Shown one piece after another: positions 56,591 through 64,000 of a stretch of 64,000 bases of DNA. The translations under genes and the position numbers were made by a program. Under the pieces are notes generated by a model. That model saw nothing but the letters and a program-made list of their open reading frames with translations. It ran no database searches and was not told the DNA's origin. Numbering within the stretch: the stretch's first letter is position 1; the number at the start of each line of letters is the position of its first letter. Source of the stretch: a virus; the IMG/VR virus record IMGVR_UViG_3300020048_000017, positions 96,001 to 160,000 of that record; one strand, 5' to 3'.

Positions 56591-56904
56591 TAGATTAATA
56601 TTAGGTCAGAGCCGTCGATAGTTTCAATGTGACCCCCATTGATTCCTTTAATATGGAAATTAGCATGGTTAGGAATCTCAGAAATAAAAGGCCTGAGACC
56701 AGCATCGTAAGGAGAAAACATTAATTCTGACCTGTTAAATAACATACACTTTTTATTAAACTCTCGCCCAATATGATTGTGAAACATTGAAAACTCCCAA
56801 GGATCAGAAGTTGTATTCCATCCGAAATCCTCGATTTGCTCTTTCCAACCTTCTAAATCCTCAGAAGAGACAATTTGGTGAAGCCTGTTATTAAAAGTGT
56901 GCAT
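56590..56904 (-). CDS. hypothetical protein
   Basis: TAATG-coupled to the fibre gene. Confidence 0.55.
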   Translation of the reverse strand: MHTFNNRLHQIVSSEDLEGWKEQIEDFGWNTTSDPWEFSMFHNHIGREFNKKCMLFNRSELMFSPYDAGLRPFISEIPNHANFHIKGINGGHIETIDGSDLILI

Positions 56905-56914
56905 CCTAATCTGA

Positions 56915-56920
56915 TTACAC
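56915..56920 (-). promoter_or_regulatory. GTGTAA motif driving the fibre island
   Basis: 10 nt before the ATG at 56904. Confidence 0.6.
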
Positions 56921-56990
56921 TAAAAGAGGTCTAAGGCCGAAAATCCAAAAAAATAATTTGACTTCCTTGAAAAATGTGAGAAAGTGCGGT

Positions 56991-57665
56991 ATGATTACAG
57001 TTTACGGAGGGGCTCTTTACGCTCCAAATGTCGCGGATAGCGAAAAATTAGAAGAGGAATGTCTCAAACTTGACTGGTTGACAAAAAGAACTGCCAGACA
57101 CGAATACTTCATGTCCCAAACTCCAACCGAGTATTCTTACGGAAACAAATCTCTCGGGGATGAGTCTTACATTTCCATGCCTTTTACTACAGAGGTTAAA
57201 AATCTGATGTTCTGGTTGAACCAAGATTTGGGCGCGAATTTTAATGGGTGCTTTTTAAATAAATACGACACTGAAAAACAACACCTTGGCTGGCACGCTG
57301 ATGATTTTGAGGGAATGGACCCTAGCCAACCTATCGCAGTTGTTTCATTAGGAGCTGAGAGAGAAATTTGGCTAAAGAGAAAATACGAACCTTGCCAAAC
57401 GTGCGGGGGATCTAAAAAGATTGACGCAGGAATTCTATTTGGGGGAGAATATATTAGCAAAGTAACCTGTCCTCGTTGCGAAGGTAACGGAGACTCAGAG
57501 AACTTTGTCAAAGGATTGTTACCTCAAGAAAATCGAATTCTCTTGGAAAGAGGCTCTCTATTTGTAATGCCTAAAGGTTTCCAAGATACTTATTTCCACA
57601 GAATCCCAAAACACGACAGACCGTGCGGCTGGAGAATTAGTTTAACCTTTAGATCTTTTTTATGA
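56991..57665 (+). CDS. alkB: AlkB-family 2OG-Fe(II) dioxygenase with DnaJ-type Zn-finger insertion
   Basis: FNGCFLNKY, WHADD (HxD), SLGAER, GSLFVM, FHRIPK, RISLTFR; insert CQTCGG...CPRCEGNG. Confidence 0.85.
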   Translation: MITVYGGALYAPNVADSEKLEEECLKLDWLTKRTARHEYFMSQTPTEYSYGNKSLGDESYISMPFTTEVKNLMFWLNQDLGANFNGCFLNKYDTEKQHLGWHADDFEGMDPSQPIAVVSLGAEREIWLKRKYEPCQTCGGSKKIDAGILFGGEYISKVTCPRCEGNGDSENFVKGLLPQENRILLERGSLFVMPKGFQDTYFHRIPKHDRPCGWRISLTFRSFL

Positions 57666-58234
57666 AATATACAAAAGCTCAATACGAAGACTTTTTAGAA
57701 TACGCAAACCAATGCTCTAAGGCTTATAGGTATCGGGAGATTTGCGAGCCCATTTTAAATAACCCTTTGATTTGGAAAACTTCGGGGTCAGGAAGTCCCG
57801 AGAAACACCACTATGGAGATTATGGTCTAGCGGTCCATACTAAAGAAGTTATTGGATTAAGCTTGCTCGCTGCTAAAATTTACCCAGCAGTAGATAAGGG
57901 AGAGTTGTTTCTTTCCGCGTTGTTTCATGATGTTGGAAAACAATGGGACTACGAAAGGCGAGAAGACGGTTCTTGGACCCATTCCGCGCACGCAAGGAAC
58001 ATTCATCACATTTCTCGAAGCTGTTGGATCTGGAGAGACTGTGCTAAAAATTACGTATCTGAAGAAGTTCGCGATAGGGTTTCCCATAATATTTTAGCCC
58101 ATCACGGTTGTCGCCAATGGGGGTCTCCGATTAGCCCTAATACTAAAGAAGCATTTATCTTACACCACTCAGATTCTATTTCAGCTAGGGTCGCTGATAA
58201 CCATAACGGAAAAGATCACATTCCACCTACATGA
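57662..58234 (+). CDS. HD-domain phosphohydrolase (YhaM/Cbf1-like)
   Basis: HHYGDYGLAVHT, LFHDVGK, ILAHHG...WGSP...P.TKEAFILHHSD. Confidence 0.85.
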   Translation: MKYTKAQYEDFLEYANQCSKAYRYREICEPILNNPLIWKTSGSGSPEKHHYGDYGLAVHTKEVIGLSLLAAKIYPAVDKGELFLSALFHDVGKQWDYERREDGSWTHSAHARNIHHISRSCWIWRDCAKNYVSEEVRDRVSHNILAHHGCRQWGSPISPNTKEAFILHHSDSISARVADNHNGKDHIPPT

Positions 58235-58262
58235 AAGATAATGTTAAATGTTATAAATATAA

Positions 58263-59378
58263 ATGAAATCAAGAATGAATTCAAGAAGAGCTGTAGTTAC
58301 GGGCGCGAACGGGCAAGATGGAAACCTCATGATAAAATACCTTTTGCAGAATACCAAACTGGAAATTGTTGGGACAGTCAGGAGAACCAGCCAACCTTTC
58401 GAGAATCCATTTAAAGGCGAGTCGAGAGTTAAAATTGCTTACTGCGACCTATTAGATAGCCACTCAGTTACCGAATTGATCAAAAACAAAAAGCCGGATT
58501 ATTTCATTAACTTTGCCGGTCTATCCTTTGTTCCTGATTCGTTCAACGTTCCTGAGCAAACTATTGAGGTAAACTCTATTGGGGTTATTCATATCTTAGA
58601 GGCTATTCGCCAATTCGCAAAAGACTGTCACTTCTTCAACGCCTCTAGTAGCGAAATCTACGGGAATTCAAAAGAAGACATCCAAACAATCGACACAACT
58701 TCTAGCCCAAGCTCTATTTATGGAGTTTCTAAAAACGCAGCAAAAGAATTAACCAAAGTTTACAGAGATACCTATGGGCTATATTCTGTGACTGGAGTTT
58801 TGTTTAATCACGAAAGCCCCTTTCGGACTAAAAATTATGTTTCCAGAAAAATCACAAGCGAAGTCGCTAGAATAAAAAAGGAAGTAGATAGGGGATCGAA
58901 AATCTCATACATGGAGATTGGTAATGTCAATGCTCAAAAAGACTGGAGTCATTCTAAGGATTTTATGGACGGGATTTGGCGCATGTTGAATCAAAAGAAA
59001 TTTGCAGCAGAAACTTTTCGAGAAAAATACCATGGCTTCTGCGACATGAGGTTTTCCGACTCTTGGAAACCTTCTGATTATATCTTAGCAAGTGGAGAAA
59101 CTCATTCGGTAAGAGAATTCATTTCCGAGGCTTTTGAAGTCGCCGATTTAGAATTAAACTATTGGACAGGAAGTGATCTTACAGAGACTCTATCTCTTTA
59201 CCATATTAGAAGAGCCATTCCCGTCGTTAAAATCAGCCAAAAATTTTACAGACCTTATCAAAACCCTCTTAAAGGAGATAGCACCCCTATCAGAGAACAG
59301 CTTGGCTGGAAACCTAAAGTTTCCTTTAGCGACCTTGTAAGAGAAATGGTTGAGAATGATATTCGGCTCTTAAATTAA
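58263..59378 (+). CDS. gmd: GDP-mannose 4,6-dehydratase
   Basis: VTGANGQDG, NASSSEIYG, YGVSK, LFNHESPFR, VSRKIT, DWSHSKD, LGWKPKVSFSDLVREM. Confidence 0.92.
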   Translation: MKSRMNSRRAVVTGANGQDGNLMIKYLLQNTKLEIVGTVRRTSQPFENPFKGESRVKIAYCDLLDSHSVTELIKNKKPDYFINFAGLSFVPDSFNVPEQTIEVNSIGVIHILEAIRQFAKDCHFFNASSSEIYGNSKEDIQTIDTTSSPSSIYGVSKNAAKELTKVYRDTYGLYSVTGVLFNHESPFRTKNYVSRKITSEVARIKKEVDRGSKISYMEIGNVNAQKDWSHSKDFMDGIWRMLNQKKFAAETFREKYHGFCDMRFSDSWKPSDYILASGETHSVREFISEAFEVADLELNYWTGSDLTETLSLYHIRRAIPVVKISQKFYRPYQNPLKGDSTPIREQLGWKPKVSFSDLVREMVENDIRLLN

Positions 59379-59389
59379 TAAAAATTCAA

Positions 59390-60493
59390 ATGAAAATCGC
59401 ACACTTATATAAAAAGAACTCGAAAGGCGCGGCTCAGGAATGGTCCATGCACGTAGATGGAAATACTTTCTGGGCTGAGTATGGTCTGGTAGGAGGTAAG
59501 GTTCAAGCCGACACTCCAACGATCTGTGAGGGTAAAAATATTGGGAAAAAGAACGAAACAGCTCCGGAAGCACAGGCTCTCGCAGAAGCCGAAAGCAAGG
59601 TTAAAAAGCAGAGAGATAAGGGTTATGACGAGACTCTTTCTGACAGAACCTTTACAGCTATGCTCTCTCACGAATTTGGAAAGCACGGTCACAAACTCCC
59701 CGAGGGAGTTTTGGTATCTCCAAAGCTGGATGGGGTAAGATCCATTTTTACTAAAGACGGAGCCTTCTCAAGAAATCATAAGGAATTTATTTCCGCAAAA
59801 TTCATTAATGAGGATCTTAAAAAATTGTTTGAGAAATATCCAGACATGGTTATAGATGGAGAAATTTATAACCACGCTTTTAAGGATGACTTCAATAAGA
59901 TCATTTCTCTTGTTAAAAAGTCTGTAAAAATTACGGAAGAAGACTGGAAAGATATCTCCGAACATCTCCAATTACATGTGTTCGATTTTTATTTCCCCGA
60001 CTCCCCTAATTCGGGATTCATAGCAAGAAATGCTATTGGGAAGACCTTTTTAAAGGAAGAACTTGGTGATAAATCCCGCATTAAGATAGTGGCTCAGGAG
60101 TATATTAGCAAACTCGCAGTAGATACAAAGCACGAAGAATATCTTCAGCTTGGTTACGAAGGGATTATGTTAAGAGATCCGCATTCTCCTTATGAATTTA
60201 AAAGATCTTACTATCTTCAAAAATACAAAAACTTTGTTGACGAAGAATTTAAAATCGTAGGTCTCGAAGAGGGTAAGGGTAATTGGGCTGGAAAGTGCAT
60301 GGCGATTATCTTTCATAACGAAGAAGGCAAGGAGTTCAAAGCGACCCCAAAAGGGACCGAAGAATATCGTGAAAAACTTCTGCTTGACAAAGATAAGATC
60401 TGTGGTAAAGTGGCGACAGTTAAATATCAAAACAGAACACCAGATAACGCTCCAAGATTTGGAGTAGTAACAGCAGTAAGAGATTATGAATAA
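59390..60493 (+). CDS. lig: ATP-dependent DNA ligase with WGR-like N-terminal domain
   Basis: Motif I SPKLDGVR, IDGEIY, FDFY, YEGIMLR, LQKYK, OB-fold PRFG. Confidence 0.93.
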   Translation: MKIAHLYKKNSKGAAQEWSMHVDGNTFWAEYGLVGGKVQADTPTICEGKNIGKKNETAPEAQALAEAESKVKKQRDKGYDETLSDRTFTAMLSHEFGKHGHKLPEGVLVSPKLDGVRSIFTKDGAFSRNHKEFISAKFINEDLKKLFEKYPDMVIDGEIYNHAFKDDFNKIISLVKKSVKITEEDWKDISEHLQLHVFDFYFPDSPNSGFIARNAIGKTFLKEELGDKSRIKIVAQEYISKLAVDTKHEEYLQLGYEGIMLRDPHSPYEFKRSYYLQKYKNFVDEEFKIVGLEEGKGNWAGKCMAIIFHNEEGKEFKATPKGTEEYREKLLLDKDKICGKVATVKYQNRTPDNAPRFGVVTAVRDYE

Positions 60494-60764
60494 AATTAAA
60501 CAGTTCATCAAAAGTAAAATAGATGCAGTTTCTCTTCGCGGAGAATACGAATGGCTTGTAGCGAGAGCTAAAGAAGAAGGTCGGGACCCCAAATGGGGAA
60601 CGTTTGAAGAATTTCTTTACGAACCCCTTCCTAAAGGTTCCGGAGAGCCAAGTGCTGAACAAGTTCAGGAAAAGGCAGATCGGATGAAAGCTCATTATGC
60701 AGAATCTCCGCTTCCTTGGTATTCGGCAACAACTTACAAGGGGCTTGTCCAAAAGTTTAAATGA
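60486..60764 (+). CDS. hypothetical protein
   Basis: Overlapping ORF in the operon. Confidence 0.55.
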   Translation: MNKIKQFIKSKIDAVSLRGEYEWLVARAKEEGRDPKWGTFEEFLYEPLPKGSGEPSAEQVQEKADRMKAHYAESPLPWYSATTYKGLVQKFK

Positions 60765-61009
60765 TTCAAAAAGTCGAATCTAAAGTAGACACTCTTTTAA
60801 TAGAAAACTTTAAGAAATATAAAAGGGAGAAACTTCTTCGAGAAGCTAAAGTTTATCAAACCAGAAAAAGACTCCGAAAGATTTATTGCCACACAATATA
60901 TTTGGTGGGAGCGTTTTTATTTTTCGGAATGATACTTTCGGGAGTTTTCATTTTAGTTGTAGGTGCTTCCAAAGAGGTAAGAGTAAAAATTACAAATTTA
61001 GAAAAATGA
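60761..61009 (+). CDS. small membrane protein
   Basis: One TM segment IYLVGAFLFFGMILSGVFILVVG. Confidence 0.55.
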   Translation: MIQKVESKVDTLLIENFKKYKREKLLREAKVYQTRKRLRKIYCHTIYLVGAFLFFGMILSGVFILVVGASKEVRVKITNLEK

Positions 61010-62259
61010 GCAAAATTACTGAATCAGTCACTCTTATTTTCGTAGAAGCTGACGCAAATTCAAACAAAGTTTGGAACGCAGACCTTTACGAAGATGGAAA
61101 AGTCTATTGTTCTTGGGGCAGGGTTGGCAACTCTAATCTTCAGAGTAAGACCTTCTCTGGTGGCAAATCGTATCTTAACAAAAAAGTCGCGGAGAAAAAG
61201 AAAAAGGGCTACGTAGAAGCAAAAACGATTAAAGAGAATACTGTTAAGGTGGTTTCTGACGTTCATAACATCGCCAAGACCCAAATTGAAGTCGAATGCG
61301 CCCTTGCTCAAAAATTGGTAGACAGGCTAGTGAAAGCTAATATCCATCAGATTACGGCTAACTCCCAAATTACCTTTAATCAATCCAGCGGGATTTTACA
61401 AACCCCTCTGGGGGTGGTTACCCAAGAAGGCATTTCGGAAGCGAATTTAATTCTTGCTGATATTAATAGAATCGTTGGTCAGGCGGGGAGCCCCAAGTTC
61501 TACAACAGGGTTAATGAATTCCTTCGGATTGTCCCTCAAAACGTGGGAAAAACAGTGAAAAGTTTTATTGATGTAAACTTCTCAACTCCCGAGGGCATTA
61601 AAAAGCAACTAGATCTTTTGGAGTCTCTGGAAGTTAGTTATCAAACGATGCAAACTCAGACACAACCAAAAACTGGGGACACTAAGATTGAAAAAGTTTT
61701 CGACGTAGAGGTAAAACTTCTAGAAAACGATCAAGAATTCAAACGACTGAAGGATAGGTTCTACGACTCAAAAAAGTCGATGCACAATTACAACAACGTC
61801 CACGTAGCAAACATCTACGAGGTAGACATTCGCGAAATGACCAAAAATTTCGACAAAGGAAATATAGGAAATCATCGTGAGTATTACCATGGAACAGGTA
61901 TTGCTAATTGCCTTAGCATTTTTAAGTCTGGACTTAAAGTATCCCCGCCTTCCACTGCCGCGATTGCGGGCAAGCTTTTCGGTTCGGGTGCGTATGGCGC
62001 AGATTGCTCTAGCAAGAGCCTCGGTTATTCGCTAGGACGTTGGGGACAAGGAGCTTCTAACGATGGAGCTTGGCTGTTTGTTTGCGACTTTGCGATGGGG
62101 AAATCCTATGAGCCTAACACTTATGGAATTCGAGGGGTTCCTGCGGGTTATGACAGTTGCACTGCGTGGGCCAAGAAAACAGGACTTCATAACAATGAGT
62201 TTATTGTTTACAAAAATCATCAAATTAAAATTAAGTATCTAATTGAGTGTTCGGCATGA
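61006..62259 (+). CDS. WGR-domain poly(ADP-ribose) polymerase-like ADP-ribosyltransferase
   Basis: Start 61006 (ATGA). WGR: CSWGRVG...KKKKGY; helical domain; catalytic YYHGT (H), KLFGSGAYGAD (Y), NEFIVY (E). Confidence 0.9.
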   Translation: MSKITESVTLIFVEADANSNKVWNADLYEDGKVYCSWGRVGNSNLQSKTFSGGKSYLNKKVAEKKKKGYVEAKTIKENTVKVVSDVHNIAKTQIEVECALAQKLVDRLVKANIHQITANSQITFNQSSGILQTPLGVVTQEGISEANLILADINRIVGQAGSPKFYNRVNEFLRIVPQNVGKTVKSFIDVNFSTPEGIKKQLDLLESLEVSYQTMQTQTQPKTGDTKIEKVFDVEVKLLENDQEFKRLKDRFYDSKKSMHNYNNVHVANIYEVDIREMTKNFDKGNIGNHREYYHGTGIANCLSIFKSGLKVSPPSTAAIAGKLFGSGAYGADCSSKSLGYSLGRWGQGASNDGAWLFVCDFAMGKSYEPNTYGIRGVPAGYDSCTAWAKKTGLHNNEFIVYKNHQIKIKYLIECSA

Positions 62260-62441
62260 GCAAAGAAGAAAACGAAGAATTTTGGTCTGGCTGCTCGGAA
62301 GTTCTAGCTAAGCACCTAATGAAAATTGCCGAGGAAGATGGTGATTCAGAGTTTCGAAAAAAGTTTGACAAAGCTTGGGACGAGATTATAGTGAAGGGCC
62401 GAAAGATGAAAACTAGGCAAAAATCCGTAGAGGAAGTATAA
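62256..62441 (+). CDS. hypothetical protein
   Basis: ATGA overlap with the PARP stop. Confidence 0.55.
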   Translation: MSKEENEEFWSGCSEVLAKHLMKIAEEDGDSEFRKKFDKAWDEIIVKGRKMKTRQKSVEEV

Positions 62442-62776
62442 TGAAATTCGAACTAGTTGAAATTTTGAAATGGTATGACGGGGCTCCAGAACTTTTCCTT
62501 TTAGAAGACTGCTTCGGGGGGTTTTATCTGGGATATTACTATGAAACCAATACAGACGTTGCGGTTCCTTATGAATCTTTTCTGGTTGTAAATGTTGATA
62601 TCTCTGAATTTGTAGATATAAAATATAAAAACCTTCCTGTTTTAAATTGTTTCGAGAAGTCTTATGATCGATTTTTTTATAAAATGACGACCACCTCGAA
62701 CACGGTATCTTTTAAAGATTTATTCCTTTGTGAGATTACTCCAAATATGTTTCCTCCGATATCTTATACTTTATGA
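62441..62776 (+). CDS. hypothetical protein
   Basis: TAATG coupling; EILKWYDGAPELFLLED. Confidence 0.55.
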   Translation: MKFELVEILKWYDGAPELFLLEDCFGGFYLGYYYETNTDVAVPYESFLVVNVDISEFVDIKYKNLPVLNCFEKSYDRFFYKMTTTSNTVSFKDLFLCEITPNMFPPISYTL

Positions 62777-63531
62777 GTCGAATGTCTCGCTTTATTGAGC
62801 AGAGTAGGTGCCCATACTGTATGTCTGCAATTAGCCCTACTAATTATAGTGATTATCACAAAGGCGGAAAATGCACCCGAAGAACGACATATTATCAACA
62901 AATTCCCTTGACAATACAACAAATTATGCTAACATACTTTATGCAACCAACACAACAAACGCTAGAAGATGCCATTAAAGGTATCACAGAGGTCTTTCTT
63001 TCCGAGGAAGAAACATTTTCCATTTATGGAATCACACTCTCTTTGAGGGATTTGATCAACCAAGGGTGGATTCGAATTGACGGTCTAACAGCCGCAAGAA
63101 AACCTATCGACGCTGAAGATGATTCTTCGATGCTAGTGGATAGTCAGGAACTGCCTCATAGCTTGGTCCGCGAAACTTTTAACAGGCTTTATCAAAATGG
63201 AGATCTTGATTGCGCAGTCAATAGCAGAGGTAAGTTTACAACTTATGGAGATCCTTTCAAGGTCTATCCAGTTACGAATGTTTCCCCTCCGACCACTCCC
63301 TACCCACAAGTAACCTCTCCGTTCGTTACCAAACCTTCCGTTGATGAACTGACCGACAAGATTGTTTCCTATCTTCAGAATAAGGGTGAAGCAACTCTTA
63401 AGCAAATTCAATCCCGCCTTAAAACTAAAGGCATCACCTGTAAGGATATCGGAGACGCTCTTAATAAAGTTTCTGAAGTTGTCCTTGAGGCAAAAAGCGA
63501 TCTTTCTAAATTCGTAGCCAAAATTAAGTAA
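62773..63531 (+). CDS. hypothetical protein with N-terminal Cys/His cluster, Pro-rich linker and C-terminal winged-helix-like segment
   Basis: CPYC...H...C; PPTTPYPQVTSP; GEATLKQIQSRLK. Confidence 0.5.
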   Translation: MSRMSRFIEQSRCPYCMSAISPTNYSDYHKGGKCTRRTTYYQQIPLTIQQIMLTYFMQPTQQTLEDAIKGITEVFLSEEETFSIYGITLSLRDLINQGWIRIDGLTAARKPIDAEDDSSMLVDSQELPHSLVRETFNRLYQNGDLDCAVNSRGKFTTYGDPFKVYPVTNVSPPTTPYPQVTSPFVTKPSVDELTDKIVSYLQNKGEATLKQIQSRLKTKGITCKDIGDALNKVSEVVLEAKSDLSKFVAKIK

Positions 63532-64000
63532 TGTTTAAAAGAATCGCAAATCTATTCAGGGGTTTTCTAGGTCTGTTTATTTCAGGTCTTGAAAGCAAAA
63601 ATTCCGAAGCTCTTCTTGAGAACGAAAAGGAAAATCTTCGGACCCAGATAGCTCAATACAACCAAGGTTTGGCGGCTCACGCGGGCATCTGCGAGAAGCT
63701 TAAAAGTCAAGTTGATAAGCAAGAGTCCGAAGTTAAAAATCTAACGGCTAAAGCGGGCGCTCACCTTAAGGCGGGTAACCGAAAGCTCGCGGGCGAGTAT
63801 GCCCTAAGACTTCAGAAGCTCAAAGAAGATCTGGAAGATAACAAGACTCAACTTTCGGAATCAGAAGCTTCTTACGAAGAGCTAAAGCGTGCTAGAGACC
63901 TCGCAGTTACTACAGCAAAGGACAAAATCGAACAACTCGGAAGGGGTATCAACGAAACCAAAATCGCCAAAGCTACCGCCGAAATGAACGAAATGGCGGC
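63531..64000 (+). CDS. pspA: PspA/IM30 family protein, partial (runs off the window)
   Basis: Not in the track. MFKRIANLFRGFLGLFISGLESKNSEALLENEKENLR...AHLKAGNRKLAGEYALRLQ..., amphipathic helix 0 plus coiled-coil hairpin. Confidence 0.8.
   Translation, partial: MFKRIANLFRGFLGLFISGLESKNSEALLENEKENLRTQIAQYNQGLAAHAGICEKLKSQVDKQESEVKNLTAKAGAHLKAGNRKLAGEYALRLQKLKEDLEDNKTQLSESEASYEELKRARDLAVTTAKDKIEQLGRGINETKIAKATAEMNEMA

Noticed and set aside
56967-56995. TTGAAA-N17-TATGAT promoter before alkB
   Set aside because: The -10 overlaps the likely start codon at 56991, so it cannot be assigned with confidence.
1-64000. tRNA, rRNA, integrase or IS elements
   Set aside because: None recognised. Intergenic space is minimal apart from 10851-11242; tRNAscan was not run.

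Overview
The window is a 64-kb piece of a large tailed dsDNA phage genome (Caudoviricetes). It has a long tape measure, a tail tube and no recognisable sheath, so it is siphovirus-like, and spanins point to a diderm host. Minus strand 1-10849 holds recombination and nucleotide-metabolism genes (RecA/UvsX, NDT-like, MazG-like, NrdA/NrdB, SSB, dNMP kinase, glycosyltransferases). 10851-11233 is an apparently non-coding, highly structured ~345-nt region with its own promoter, a candidate novel ncRNA. Minus strand 11243-52335 is the complete morphogenesis block: tail tip, 2568-aa TMP, tube, neck, MCP, protease-scaffold, lysis cassette, portal, TerL, ERCC4 nuclease, phage sigma factor and PhoH. A GTGTA(A/T) motif recurs 9-23 nt before many of these genes (candidate late promoter). 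After a divergent sigma70 promoter at 52407, the plus strand carries accessory genes: AAA kinase, AlkB with a Zn-finger insert, HD hydrolase, Gmd, DNA ligase, WGR-PARP and PspA/IM30. A minus-strand tail-fibre island with a decayed gene interrupts them. All functional calls come from motif recognition by eye; no database searches or folding programs were run.
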